Notes: generated by a model not told the origin, from the letters alone. Shown: positions 48,233-58,753, counted from the first letter of the stretch. The stretch: DNA of 64,000 bases from Escherichia coli (GCF_003991155.1 NZ_CP031293.1), one strand, 5' to 3'. A program made the numbers and translations.

Positions 48233-48522
48233 TGGAGCACCTCAAAAACACCATCATACACTAAATCAGTAAGTTGGCAGCATCACCGAAATATAGAAAC
48301 GCGGAAAGGAGAAAAAAACTTCACCAGCCCATGTCTTAAGTTCTGTCAGTATGGCTACAGCCTGTTTGCTGAGTGGCACAAGGTGTGGTGTTCGAATCTT
48401 GGTTCCCCAATGAGAGTTCAGGCGGTGTGGGCAAATAAAAAAGAAAACATAAATAAAACCATCCGACCGTTGGTGGGGCTGGATGGTTATTCATTATTTC
48501 TATGTCACTGAACTTTCATTCA

Positions 48523-49704
48523 TCAGATCTGCTCAGAAAGTGAATCAATGTAGTCAGCATACCACTGCATCATTTCACGGCGACCATCCAGATACTGGGC
48601 ATGATTATAGGTACCTCTGATAGCGTTTTTATCCATATGAGCTAACTGCATTTCAATCCAGGCAGAATTAAAGCCCTGTTCGTGCAGAATTGTACTCATG
48701 GTGTGTCTGAAACCGTGCCCTGTGAGTCTTCCCTTATATCCTAGTAATTCAATGACTTGGTTTATGCTTTCCTTACTAATTGGTTTGCGAGGATCGTTCC
48801 TACCGATAAAGACCAGAGGATGATGTTTTGAGATTGGTTCAAGTTGCTTAAATAGCGCAATGACCTGCTCAGAGAGCGGCACAATATGAGGTCGCTTCAT
48901 CTTCATTACTTCTGCCGGGATCTCCCATAATTTTGTCTCAAAATCGATATCCTCCCAGCGTGCGAAACGCAATTCTTGAGTTCGTACACCAGTTAGCATA
49001 ATGATTTGAGTGGCTGTCTTAGTGATAATACTTCCGGTATAACCCGCCAGATCATTGAGGAAGTGGGGAAGTTCATTAGCAGTAAGAAAGGGAAAATGTA
49101 CTTTTTTCGGTGTAGCTAAAGCACTGGCAAGATCGGGAGCAGGGTTGTAGTTAGCCCGACCAGTAACAATTGCATAGCGGAACACCTCTCCACAGCGCTG
49201 GCGGACCTTACGCATTTTCTCCAGAGCTCCACGTTTTTCCATTTTACGCAATGCTTCCAGTAACTCCATTGGTTTGATTTCAGCAATAGGGCGTTTGCCA
49301 ATATAGGGAAAAATATCTTTTTCAAAGGTATCAATGATTTCATCACGATAGCGTAATGACCACCGATCGGCTTTTGACTGATGCCATTCTCGAGCAACGG
49401 CCTCAAATGTGTTTTTCAAACTCATTTGCAGCGCGATTTTTTCTTCTTTTTTTGTCTCACCCGGATCGCATCCTGCAGCGAGGATTTTCCTAGCTTCACT
49501 GCGTTTTTCGCGAGCGTCGGCTAGAGTTACATCGGGGTATACGCCAATAGAAAGCATCTTTTCTTTGCCAGCAAAGCGGTACTTCATACGCCAATATTTA
49601 GAACCATTAGTGTTAATGAGTAGATACATACCGCCACCATCAGACAGCTTATAGGGCTTTTCTTTTGGTTTTGCGGTTTTCACTTTAATATCAGTTAACG
49701 CCAT
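48523..49704 (-). CDS. P4-type tyrosine integrase
   Basis: 393 aa. The N-terminus MALTDIKVKTAKPKEKPYKLSDGGGMYLLI is DUF4102-like. The catalytic region has HGFRHTMST and GTYNHAQY. It lies adjacent to the selC 3' end. Confidence 0.9.
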   Translation of the reverse strand: MALTDIKVKTAKPKEKPYKLSDGGGMYLLINTNGSKYWRMKYRFAGKEKMLSIGVYPDVTLADAREKRSEARKILAAGCDPGETKKEEKIALQMSLKNTFEAVAREWHQSKADRWSLRYRDEIIDTFEKDIFPYIGKRPIAEIKPMELLEALRKMEKRGALEKMRKVRQRCGEVFRYAIVTGRANYNPAPDLASALATPKKVHFPFLTANELPHFLNDLAGYTGSIITKTATQIIMLTGVRTQELRFARWEDIDFETKLWEIPAEVMKMKRPHIVPLSEQVIALFKQLEPISKHHPLVFIGRNDPRKPISKESINQVIELLGYKGRLTGHGFRHTMSTILHEQGFNSAWIEMQLAHMDKNAIRGTYNHAQYLDGRREMMQWYADYIDSLSEQI

Positions 49705-49866
49705 GACATCCTCCGGATTTTGATGAATCCATGTTCCTGGACTTCTGCCAGTAACTGACCTGATATCCCCAATGCACCCCCATGTATAACAAAGATGTTG
49801 TTAAAAGCCGTTGTTATATATCACATTTTTTCCATTATGGGGGTGCTGATATTTTAAGAGAAAATA

Positions 49867-49886
49867 GTACCCCCTAAAGTACCCCC
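49867..49886 (+). repeat. Paired GTACCCCC motifs (candidate arm-type sites), integrase-proximal island end
   Basis: Two gtaccccc copies lie 12 bp apart. Another acccc c motif lies at 49776-49781 and an inverted ggggg at ~49840. Compare the pair at 4950-4970. Confidence 0.4.
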
Positions 49887-49999
49887 AAAAGCAACTTGAT
49901 ATGGGGTGATACCGGTTGACCTCGGGATACAAAGAAATCCTGATATACAATAGGTTATATGGAGATTGTTGATATAAGGAGAGTTCAGAAGAGGTTAAT

Positions 50000-50094
50000 T
50001 GGCGGAAGATCACAGGAGTCGAACCTGCCCGGGACCGCTGGCGGCCCCAACTGGATTTGAAGTCCAGCCGCCTCACCGGAGACGACGATCTTCC
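50000..50094 (-). tRNA. selC: tRNA-Sec (selenocysteine, UCA anticodon)
   Basis: The minus strand reads GGAAGATCGTCGTCTCCGGTGAGGCGGCTGGACTTCAAATCCAGTTGGGGCCGCCAGCGGTCCCGGGCAGGTTCGACTCCTGTGATCTTCCGCCA. This is the 95-nt E. coli selC sequence, with its long extra arm and 8-bp acceptor stem. Confidence 0.97.
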
Positions 50095-50386
50095 GCGCCT
50101 CGATTGCTACATGGAGGCGGGGCGCATTATAGCTACTTCCTTGAGTTTCTACATCCCCCAGATCAGTTTTTTCCGCCTAATACACGCAGCGTATTATCAC
50201 GAAAGCATTATAATTCATATAAAACCCATACTTTACAATGATATATGAGCGTAATTTACGCTACCACGATCACATAAAACAAGAATCATAAATTAATAAC
50301 CAGATATCGGAATATTCGCTCTCACAGGGATGGTTTACAAAATGCGTTATCGGTCTCAGCACCCCTATAGCATCAAGGAAAAGCAG

Positions 50387-51769
50387 ATGAAGAGTGAAGT
50401 GTTGTCCGTTAAAGAGAAAATTGGTTATGGCATGGGAGACGCCGCCAGCCACATTATTTTCGATAACGTAATGTTATATATGATGTTCTTTTATACCGAT
50501 ATTTTTGGCATTCCTGCCGGATTTGTCGGAACCATGTTTTTGGTCGCTCGTGCACTGGATGCGATTTCCGATCCTTGCATGGGGTTGTTGGCCGATCGAA
50601 CGCGCTCTCGCTGGGGTAAATTTCGTCCGTGGGTACTGTTTGGCGCACTGCCATTTGGGATCGTCTGTGTACTGGCCTATAGCACGCCAGATCTCAGTAT
50701 GAACGGAAAAATGATTTATGCAGCAATTACTTACACCCTACTTACCTTACTTTATACCATCGTTAATATCCCTTACTGCGCATTGGGTGGGGTAATCACC
50801 AATGACCCGACTCAGCGTATCTCGCTGCAATCCTGGCGTTTTGTGCTGGCGACCGCGGGAGGCATGCTCTCTACTGTTCTGATGATGCCACTGGTTAATT
50901 TAATTGGTGGTGATAATAAACCACTCGGTTTCCAGGGCGGAATCGCGGTCCTTTCCGTGGTGGCATTTATGATGCTGGCATTTTGTTTCTTCACCACTAA
51001 AGAACGCGTTGAAGCACCACCTACAACGACGTCTATGCGGGAAGATTTACGTGATATCTGGCAAAACGACCAGTGGCGTATTGTCGGTTTACTAACCATT
51101 TTCAATATTCTGGCGGTATGCGTACGCGGTGGGGCGATGATGTATTACGTCACATGGATTTTGGGTACGCCGGAAGTGTTTGTCGCTTTTCTTACCACTT
51201 ATTGCGTGGGTAACCTGATTGGTTCCGCACTGGCGAAACCGCTGACCGACTGGAAATGTAAAGTCACTATCTTCTGGTGGACGAACGCCCTGCTGGCAGT
51301 GATTAGCCTGGCGATGTTCTTTGTTCCTATGCAGGCCAGCATCACCATGTTTGTCTTCATCTTCGTGATTGGTGTGCTGCATCAACTGGTGACACCTATC
51401 CAGTGGGTAATGATGTCCGATACCGTCGATTACGGCGAGTGGTGCAATGGTAAACGCCTGACCGGGATCAGTTTTGCTGGCACGCTGTTTGTGCTCAAAC
51501 TGGGGTTGGCCTTCGGCGGCGCTCTTATCGGCTGGATGCTGGCTTATGGCGGATATGATGCGGCAGAAAAAGCGCAGAACAGCGCCACGATTAGCATCAT
51601 TATTGCGCTATTCACGATTGTTCCGGCGATCTGTTATTTGCTGAGCGCGATTATCGCTAAACGCTACTACTCACTCACGACGCACAATCTGAAAACCGTT
51701 ATGGAACAGCTGGCCCAGGGCAAACGCCGTTGCCAGCAACAATTCACCTCTCAAGAAGTGCAGAACTAA
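50387..51769 (+). CDS. yicJ: GPH-family sugar:cation symporter YicJ
   Basis: The start is trimmed to MKSEVLSVKEKIGYGMGDAASHIIFDN..., giving the 460 aa of K-12 YicJ. Confidence 0.9.
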   Translation: MKSEVLSVKEKIGYGMGDAASHIIFDNVMLYMMFFYTDIFGIPAGFVGTMFLVARALDAISDPCMGLLADRTRSRWGKFRPWVLFGALPFGIVCVLAYSTPDLSMNGKMIYAAITYTLLTLLYTIVNIPYCALGGVITNDPTQRISLQSWRFVLATAGGMLSTVLMMPLVNLIGGDNKPLGFQGGIAVLSVVAFMMLAFCFFTTKERVEAPPTTTSMREDLRDIWQNDQWRIVGLLTIFNILAVCVRGGAMMYYVTWILGTPEVFVAFLTTYCVGNLIGSALAKPLTDWKCKVTIFWWTNALLAVISLAMFFVPMQASITMFVFIFVIGVLHQLVTPIQWVMMSDTVDYGEWCNGKRLTGISFAGTLFVLKLGLAFGGALIGWMLAYGGYDAAEKAQNSATISIIIALFTIVPAICYLLSAIIAKRYYSLTTHNLKTVMEQLAQGKRRCQQQFTSQEVQN

Positions 51770-51778
51770 GGAACGGCA

Positions 51779-54097
51779 ATGAAAATTAGCGACGGAAACT
51801 GGTTGATTCAACCTGGCCTCAATTTGATTCACCCGCTTCAGGTGTTCGAGGTTGAACAGCAGGGTAATGAAATGGTGGTCTATGCTGCCCCTCGTGATGT
51901 GCGTGAACGTACCTGGCAGCTTGATACGCCTTTATTTACGCTGCGCTTTTTCTCCCCACAGGAAGGTATTGTCGGTGTACGGATTGAGCATTTTCAGGGG
52001 GCGCTGAATAACGGTCCTCATTATCCGCTCAATATTTTGCAGGACGTGAAGGTCACAATCGAAAACACAGAACGTTACGCTGAGTTTAAAAGTGGCAACT
52101 TAAGCGCGCGTGTCAGCAAAGGTGAGTTCTGGTCACTGGATTTTCTGCGCAACGGCGAACGTATTACCGGTAGTCAGGTGAAAAATAACGGCTACGTGCA
52201 GGACACGAATAATCAACGAAATTATATGTTTGAGCGGCTGGATCTTGGCGTTGGCGAAACAGTTTACGGTCTGGGAGAGCGCTTTACTGCCCTGGTGCGC
52301 AATGGCCAGACGGTAGAGACCTGGAACCGGGACGGCGGCACAAGTACTGAACAGGCGTATAAAAATATTCCGTTCTATATGACTAACCGTGGTTATGGGG
52401 TACTGGTCAATCATCCTCAATGCGTCTCTTTTGAAGTGGGATCGGAGAAAGTCTCCAAAGTGCAGTTCAGCGTTGAGAGTGAATATCTCGAATACTTTGT
52501 TATCGACGGCCCGACGCCGAAAGCGGTACTTGATAGTTATACCCGTTTTACTGGTCGTCCGGCGCTGCCGCCCGCGTGGTCCTTCGGCCTGTGGCTAACC
52601 ACTTCATTTACCACCAACTACGACGAAGCGACGGTAAACAGCTTTATCGATGGTATGGCGGAACGCAATCTGCCGCTGCATGTTTTCCACTTTGACTGTT
52701 TCTGGATGAAAGCCTTCCAGTGGTGCGATTTTGAGTGGGACCCGCTGACTTTCCCGGACCCGGAAGGGATGATCCGCCGCCTGAAAGCGAAAGGGCTAAA
52801 AATCTGCGTCTGGATTAACCCCTATATCGGGCAAAAATCCCCTGTCTTTAAAGAGTTACAAGAGAAAGGTTATTTACTCAAACGCCCGGACGGTTCGCTG
52901 TGGCAGTGGGATAAATGGCAGCCAGGTCTGGCGATTTATGACTTTACCAATCCGGATGCCTGCAAATGGTACGCCGACAAACTGAAAGGTCTGGTCGCGA
53001 TGGGCGTTGATTGCTTTAAGACCGACTTTGGCGAACGTATTCCAACCGATGTTCAATGGTTTGATGGTTCCGATCCGCAGAAAATGCATAACCATTATGC
53101 GTACATCTACAACGAACTGGTGTGGAACGTGCTCAAGGAAACCGTTGGCGAGGAAGAAGCCGTCTTGTTTGCCCGCTCGGCCTCCGTCGGTGCGCAGAAA
53201 TTCCCGGTACATTGGGGTGGCGACTGTTACGCTAACTACGAATCAATGGCGGAAAGCCTGCGCGGTGGTTTGTCTATTGGCCTTTCTGGTTTTGGCTTCT
53301 GGAGCCACGATATCGGCGGCTTTGAGAATACCGCTCCGGCGCACGTTTACAAACGCTGGTGCGCGTTTGGTTTGCTCTCCAGCCATAGCCGTTTACACGG
53401 CAGCAAATCTTATCGTGTGCCGTGGGCCTATGATGATGAGTCCTGTGATGTGGTGCGCTTCTTCACGCAACTGAAATGCCGCATGATGCCGTATCTGTAT
53501 CGTGAAGCTGCACGTGCAAACGCCCGGGGTACCCCGATGATGCGGGCCATGATGATGGAGTTCCCGGACGATCCGGCTTGTGATTACCTTGACCGTCAAT
53601 ACATGTTAGGCGATAACGTGATGGTTGCTCCGGTGTTCACTGAAGCGGGCGATGTGCAGTTCTACCTGCCGGAAGGTCGCTGGACACACCTGTGGCACAA
53701 CGATGAACTCGACGGTAGTCGCTGGCATAAACAGCAGCACGGCTTCCTGAGTCTGCCCGTTTATGTGCGTGATAACACCCTACTGGCGCTGGGCAACAAC
53801 GAGCAACGTCCCGATTACGCGTGGCACGAAGGCACGGCATTCCAGCTCTTTAATCTGCAAGACGGGCATGAAGCCATCTGTGAAGTGCCCGCTGCCGATG
53901 GTTCCGTTCTTTTCACCCTGAAAGCGGCGCGTACTAGCAACACAATTACTGTGACTGGTGCGGGCGTGGCGAAGAACTGGACGCTGTGCTTGCGCAATGT
54001 TGTGAAAGTAAATGGTCTGCAAGGCGGTTCGCAGGCTGAAAGTGAGCAGGGGCTGGTGGTGACGCCTCAAGGGAATGCGCTGACAATTACGTTGTAA
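51779..54097 (+). CDS. yicI: Alpha-xylosidase YicI (GH31)
   Basis: 772 aa starting [40 protein letters not shown]... The GH31 catalytic region reads KTDFGE / WGGD. Confidence 0.95.
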   Translation: MKISDGNWLIQPGLNLIHPLQVFEVEQQGNEMVVYAAPRDVRERTWQLDTPLFTLRFFSPQEGIVGVRIEHFQGALNNGPHYPLNILQDVKVTIENTERYAEFKSGNLSARVSKGEFWSLDFLRNGERITGSQVKNNGYVQDTNNQRNYMFERLDLGVGETVYGLGERFTALVRNGQTVETWNRDGGTSTEQAYKNIPFYMTNRGYGVLVNHPQCVSFEVGSEKVSKVQFSVESEYLEYFVIDGPTPKAVLDSYTRFTGRPALPPAWSFGLWLTTSFTTNYDEATVNSFIDGMAERNLPLHVFHFDCFWMKAFQWCDFEWDPLTFPDPEGMIRRLKAKGLKICVWINPYIGQKSPVFKELQEKGYLLKRPDGSLWQWDKWQPGLAIYDFTNPDACKWYADKLKGLVAMGVDCFKTDFGERIPTDVQWFDGSDPQKMHNHYAYIYNELVWNVLKETVGEEEAVLFARSASVGAQKFPVHWGGDCYANYESMAESLRGGLSIGLSGFGFWSHDIGGFENTAPAHVYKRWCAFGLLSSHSRLHGSKSYRVPWAYDDESCDVVRFFTQLKCRMMPYLYREAARANARGTPMMRAMMMEFPDDPACDYLDRQYMLGDNVMVAPVFTEAGDVQFYLPEGRWTHLWHNDELDGSRWHKQQHGFLSLPVYVRDNTLLALGNNEQRPDYAWHEGTAFQLFNLQDGHEAICEVPAADGSVLFTLKAARTSNTITVTGAGVAKNWTLCLRNVVKVNGLQGGSQAESEQGLVVTPQGNALTITL

Positions 54098-54391
54098 TCT
54101 ATTGAAGAATGCCGGATACGAATGGTTTTGTGTCGTATCCGGTAAATAATCTCACATCTGGTAATAAATATTTCTTCCATCGTATTTGCGAGCATGATCA
54201 CGATTATTCATCACGAAAATGTGATCTGTGCTGAAAAATATCCCTTAACCGCCTTGCTTTGTTTTATCACTGTCCGGATTACGGACATATTTTAGTATTG
54301 TTGTGAAATTATTCTGCTTTATATTTACCCTCAGAGATGGCAACTGAAGCTCTTCCTCATAGGGCTTCTTAATCTGTGATAAGGGTAAAAA

Positions 54392-55945
54392 ATGCAAATG
54401 ATTACCTCGCGACAAAACAGATTATTACGATTCCTTTTACCTCGAAGGGAATATACGACTATTGTTACGATTGCCGGCTATTTAAATGTTTCGGAAAAAA
54501 CCATTCAACGTGATTTACGTTTACTTGAGCAATGGCTGGGGCAATGGAGAATAAATGTTGAGAAGCGTGCTGGCGCGGGTGTGATGTTAAGCGCGGAGAA
54601 TATTGCTGATTTGCTGCATCTTGATCATTTGTTGGGAGCAGAATGTGAAGAGATTGATGGTGTAATGAATAATGCCAGGCGCGTTAAAATAGCGTCGCAG
54701 TTATTAAGTGAAACACCGAATGAAACGTCGATCAGTAAATTGTCAGAACGCTACTTTATCAGCGGAGCCTCTATTGTTAATGACCTGAGAGTAATTGAGT
54801 CCTGGCTTGCGCCGTTGGGGTTATCATTGATCCGCAGCCCAAGTGGTACGCATATTGAAGGTAGTGAAGGGCAAGTCCGACAGGCAATGGCATTACTGAT
54901 TAACGGCATTATTAACCATAATGAGCCGCAAGGTGTCGTGTATTCACGTCTGGATCCCGGAAGTTATAAAGCATTAGTCCATTATTTTGGAGAAGAAGAG
55001 GTGTTATTTGTCCAGTCATTGTTACTGGATATGGAAAATGAATTAAGTTGGTCTTTGGGAGAGCCTTATTACGTTAACATTTTTACTCACATCCTTATTA
55101 TGATGTATCGCAACACGCACGGGAATGCGTTATCCAGAGAAGAAGATCAAACCAGGCAATATGATGAAAATATCTTTAATGTTGCCAGTCAGATGATTCA
55201 TAAGATAGAACAACGAATTGCACATACATTGCCCGATGATGAAGTCTGGTTTATTTATCAATATATCATTTCATCAGGTGTGGCGATTGATGGACAAAAA
55301 GATGTGAGCATTATTTCACATATGCAGGCCAGCAATGAAGCGCGTCTGATTACCTGGCGTTTAATTACGGTATTCAGTGACATCGTGGACTGCGATTTTA
55401 GTGAAGACAGCGCATTATATGATGGCTTGTTGGTTCATATTAAGCCGCTGATTAACCGACTAAATTATCGCATTCATATCCGTAATCCATTGCTGGAAGA
55501 TATTAAAGCAGAATTAGCGGATGTCTGGCGGTTGACGCAATATGTGGTGAATCAGGTATTTAAAACCTGGGGTGAGAATGCAGTGAGCGAGGATGAAGTG
55601 GGTTACCTGACCGTTCATTTTCAGGCTGCGATGGAGCGGCAAATTGCCCGTAAACGCGTATTACTGGTCTGTTCAACCGGAATCGGAACTTCGCATCTAC
55701 TGAAAAGCCGTATTCTGCGAGCGTTTCCTGAATGGACGATTGTTGATGTTATTTCAGCAGCGAATTTATCACAGGTTTTGCCTGACAATATCGAACTGAT
55801 TATTTCGACCATTAATTTGCCTACAGTCACTATGCCGGTCGCTTATGTTACCGCTTTTTTTAATGATGCCGATATTAAGCGGGTCACTGAAATGGTGATT
55901 ACGGAAAAATTACATCATGCGACGTCTCGGGTCGTTGAAATTTAA
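54392..55945 (+). CDS. PRD-domain transcriptional regulator (MtlR/LicR/BglG-activator type: HTH + 2 PRD + EIIB-like domain)
   Basis: 517 aa with the N-terminal HTH IAGYLNVSEKTIQRDLRLLEQWL. The C-terminal KRVLLVCSTGIGTSHLLKSRI is an EIIB(Gat)-like Cys loop. Confidence 0.75.
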   Translation: MQMITSRQNRLLRFLLPRREYTTIVTIAGYLNVSEKTIQRDLRLLEQWLGQWRINVEKRAGAGVMLSAENIADLLHLDHLLGAECEEIDGVMNNARRVKIASQLLSETPNETSISKLSERYFISGASIVNDLRVIESWLAPLGLSLIRSPSGTHIEGSEGQVRQAMALLINGIINHNEPQGVVYSRLDPGSYKALVHYFGEEEVLFVQSLLLDMENELSWSLGEPYYVNIFTHILIMMYRNTHGNALSREEDQTRQYDENIFNVASQMIHKIEQRIAHTLPDDEVWFIYQYIISSGVAIDGQKDVSIISHMQASNEARLITWRLITVFSDIVDCDFSEDSALYDGLLVHIKPLINRLNYRIHIRNPLLEDIKAELADVWRLTQYVVNQVFKTWGENAVSEDEVGYLTVHFQAAMERQIARKRVLLVCSTGIGTSHLLKSRILRAFPEWTIVDVISAANLSQVLPDNIELIISTINLPTVTMPVAYVTAFFNDADIKRVTEMVITEKLHHATSRVVEI

Positions 55946-55971
55946 TGTCAGAATTTTATGAGGTATGACGA

Positions 55972-56442
55972 ATGGACATAACAAAAATCCTGAATACGAA
56001 TCGCGTTATTTTAGATATGCAAGCGACGAATAAAGCGGAGGCGATTGAAGAATTAACTAATCTTCTCAAAAAAGATGGTGCGATCGATTGTCGGGAAACC
56101 TTTATTAAAGATGTCTGGCAGCGCGAAGCGGAAGGCTCGACTGGTTTTGAAAATCATATTGCGATCCCGCATGGTAAATCTTCTGCGGTAATTAATACTA
56201 CGCTGGCAATTGGCCGTACCCGCCAGGATATTCCCTGGGAAACGCTGGATGGCAGTAGCGTGCGCTGTATTATTTTATTTGCGGTACGTCTTGAAGATCA
56301 AAATACCACTCATATCCGTTTACTTTCCCAGGTCGCGGGCGCGCTGGCGGATGATGACATCATAGAACAATTGTTAGTTGAGACGAGTCCGCAAAAAATC
56401 ATTGATCTCTTTAGTCAGTATGCACAATCCGATGTCTGCTAA
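55972..56442 (+). CDS. PTS EIIA component, fructose/mannitol (type 2) family
   Basis: 156 aa with the active-site context FENHIAIPHGKS. Confidence 0.85.
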   Translation: MDITKILNTNRVILDMQATNKAEAIEELTNLLKKDGAIDCRETFIKDVWQREAEGSTGFENHIAIPHGKSSAVINTTLAIGRTRQDIPWETLDGSSVRCIILFAVRLEDQNTTHIRLLSQVAGALADDDIIEQLLVETSPQKIIDLFSQYAQSDVC

Positions 56443-56459
56443 ATAACAGGGAGTATGTC

Positions 56460-56774
56460 ATGAATATTGTCTGTGTTGCCGCCTGTACGGCGGGTATTGC
56501 TCATACCTATATTGCTCGTGAAAAGTTAATCAAAGGAGCAAAAGCTCTGGGCCATACCATTAAAGTTGAAACCCAGGGAACCATTGGTACAGAAAATGAA
56601 TTACAGGCGGCAGATATCTCTGCTGCTGACGTCGTGATTCTTGCTGTAGATGTGAAAATAAAAGGAGAAGAACGCTTCACCAATAAACGTATTGTGCGAG
56701 TAAAGACAGAGATCGTCATTAAATCGCCCGTTCAATTTCTTGAAAAGGTCGAAAAATCACTGGGAAACAAATGA
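56460..56774 (+). CDS. PTS fructose-type EIIB component
   Basis: 104 aa. MNIVCVAACTAGIAHTYIAREKL matches the C(P/T)xGIAHTY phospho-Cys loop of FrwB/FrvB-type EIIB. Confidence 0.85.
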   Translation: MNIVCVAACTAGIAHTYIAREKLIKGAKALGHTIKVETQGTIGTENELQAADISAADVVILAVDVKIKGEERFTNKRIVRVKTEIVIKSPVQFLEKVEKSLGNK

Positions 56775-56798
56775 TCCTTATACTGGAGGGATCTTAAT

Positions 56799-57890
56799 AT
56801 GAAAGACAATAAAATTCCGGTTTCACAGGAAATTAAAAAACATTTATTAACCGGCATCTCGTGGATGATACCCCTTATTGTGGCCGCCGGGATATGTATT
56901 GCGTTGGGGCAAGTTCTTGGCGGTACAGATGTTGGTGAAAAAACAGGAACAATCCCGTGGATGCTTAATCAGATTGGCGGCTGGGGAATGGGGCTGATTG
57001 TGCCGCTGATTAGCGCGGCAATTGCCTATTCTATTGCCGATCGTCCCGGATTTGCCCCGGGTCTGATTGTCGGCTTTCTCTGTGGGCAAATCCATACCGG
57101 ATTTATTGGCGGTATGTTGGGTGGTTTCCTGGTGGGCTACACCATTTTGCTACTTAAACGCTATATCCGCCTGCCGCAGTCGATGCAAGGACTCATGCCA
57201 ATCATGGTGTTGCCGGTATTAAGCACCATTATCGGTGGGCTGTTAATGATGACGCTGATTGGTAAACCCATCGCCTGGTTACAAGAAGCACTGATTCATT
57301 TGCTCGAGTCGATGCAGGGCGGATCGCGCTTCCTGATGGGGGCCATACTTGGCGCGATGGCAACCTTCGATTTCGGTGGTCCGGTCAACAAAACCATGTC
57401 GCTGTTTTCCGATGGCTTGCTGGTCAGTGGCGTCTACGGACCAGAAGCCGTGAAATTTGTCGGCTCAATCATCCCTCCGTTTGGCATCACACTTTCGTTC
57501 TTACTGACACGCCATAAATACACCCGTGCGGAGCGCGAGGCGCTGAAAGCCGCGTTTCCGATGGGGATCTGCATGATCACTGAAGGAGTCATTCCGATCG
57601 CCGCGCGTGACCTGCTGCGAGTAGTGGGATCTTGTGTGGTGGCATCGGCGGTCGCGGGCGGCTTAATCATGGTGTGGGGCGTGGAGAGTCCGGTTCCGCA
57701 TGGCGGCATGTTTGTTGTGCCTCTGTTCACCCATCCTCTGCTGTTTTGCCTGGCGCTGGGTATAGGCACGGTGATTTGTGGCGTGATGCTTTCACTCTGG
57801 AAGAAACCGGTAACGGAACGCGACGAAGAGTTTGACGAACTGAGCGATCAAAAGCTGAAAGATGAAGAGATCACTTTCACCCTCGAATAA
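56799..57890 (+). CDS. PTS fructose-type EIIC permease
   Basis: 363-aa polytopic protein placed directly after EIIB, with an acidic C-terminal tail. Confidence 0.8.
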   Translation: MKDNKIPVSQEIKKHLLTGISWMIPLIVAAGICIALGQVLGGTDVGEKTGTIPWMLNQIGGWGMGLIVPLISAAIAYSIADRPGFAPGLIVGFLCGQIHTGFIGGMLGGFLVGYTILLLKRYIRLPQSMQGLMPIMVLPVLSTIIGGLLMMTLIGKPIAWLQEALIHLLESMQGGSRFLMGAILGAMATFDFGGPVNKTMSLFSDGLLVSGVYGPEAVKFVGSIIPPFGITLSFLLTRHKYTRAEREALKAAFPMGICMITEGVIPIAARDLLRVVGSCVVASAVAGGLIMVWGVESPVPHGGMFVVPLFTHPLLFCLALGIGTVICGVMLSLWKKPVTERDEEFDELSDQKLKDEEITFTLE

Positions 57891-57901
57891 CCGGAGGCCC
57901 T

Positions 57902-58753
57902 ATGTTTGCCGATATGAAAAGTATGGTGATGAAAGCCTGGCATGAACATTACGCCTTACTGGCGATCAACTGTATGAATCTGGAAAGTGCTCACGCAGCT
58001 ATCCGCGTGGCGGAGAAGAATCGCGCTCCGATCATTCTCAATCTCTATCAGGGGCATCTGGCGCATTTTCCAGCACCCGTCGCGGCGGCAGTGGTTAAAA
58101 CGCTCGCGGAATCTGCCTCAGTACCGGTCGCTCTGGCGCTTGATCATGGCAAAAATCCGGACTGTATTCGTCAGGCGTTTCGTGCTGGTTTCAGCGGATT
58201 AATGATTGATGCTTCTGCTTTTCCCCTGGAGGAAAACGTGCGCCAGACCAGGGCGGTGGTGGAACTCGCCGCCAGCGTGCAGCTCTGCGTGGAAGGCGAA
58301 CTGGGCCATCTGGCAGATGCGCCGCGTTACGACCAGGCCGCCAATGCAGACCTGATGACGCAACCCACTGATGTGGAACCGTTTATCGCGCAGACAGGCA
58401 TTGATCTACTGGCCGTCTCGGTAGGCACGGCGCACGGCATGTACGCGCCTGGTGTTGTACCTGCTATTGATTTTCAGCGTCTGGCGGAGATTTTCCACTG
58501 CTCGAGCGTGCCTCTGGCATTACATGGCGGTAGCGGTACGCCGTTCGATCAGCTCCAGCTCTGTACGACGCTGGGGGTAGCAAAAATCAACGTGGGGGCG
58601 GCCATTTTTGAACGGGGGAAATCCGCGCTCCTGCATACCCTCTGTCACGATATATCCATTGAACTGGTGGACGCGCTGAAAGCTATGGAACTGGCCTTCG
58701 AAGAAGCGATTACACCGTATTTACAGGCGAGCGGCTCTATCGGCAAAGCCTGA
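57902..58753 (+). CDS. Class II ketose-bisphosphate aldolase family protein (paralogue 1)
   Basis: 283 aa with the motifs LALDHGK, EGELGHL, GTAHGMY and LALHGGSG. Confidence 0.8.
   Translation: MFADMKSMVMKAWHEHYALLAINCMNLESAHAAIRVAEKNRAPIILNLYQGHLAHFPAPVAAAVVKTLAESASVPVALALDHGKNPDCIRQAFRAGFSGLMIDASAFPLEENVRQTRAVVELAASVQLCVEGELGHLADAPRYDQAANADLMTQPTDVEPFIAQTGIDLLAVSVGTAHGMYAPGVVPAIDFQRLAEIFHCSSVPLALHGGSGTPFDQLQLCTTLGVAKINVGAAIFERGKSALLHTLCHDISIELVDALKAMELAFEEAITPYLQASGSIGKA

Larger units (their letters stand above)
47520..48287 (-). mobile_element. IS1, complete 768-bp copy
   Basis: The ends are ggtaatgactccaacttattgatagtg... and ...cagtaagttggcagcatcacc. A 9-bp target duplication gaaatatag lies at 47511-47519 and 48288-48296. 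Confidence 0.95.
4874..50023. mobile_element. selC-integrated genomic island, ~45.1 kb, mosaic and IS-riddled
   Basis: The island is bounded by 24-bp direct repeats of the tRNA-Sec 3' end. A tyrosine integrase (48523-49704) sits next to the intact tRNA. The contents are CP4-type prophage-remnant genes, IS elements and accessory metabolic operons. K-12 has selC directly next to setC. Confidence 0.9.

Noticed and set aside
4874-50023. I looked specifically for LEE-type T3SS genes, adhesins, toxins, CRISPR-cas, restriction-modification, retron/RT, CBASS and other known defence architectures inside the selC island.
   Set aside because: I could not recognise any of these from the translations. 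Only antirestriction, RadC, the toxin-antitoxin pair and the WYL regulator are present, all typical of CP4-type remnants. Absence is based on inspection only, not on HMM searches.
54190-54240. CRP-like sequences (aaatgtgatctgtgctgaaaaat and tgatcacgattattcatca) lie upstream of the PRD regulator gene.
   Set aside because: Each has only one good TGTGA half-site, which is not enough to annotate without a matrix score.
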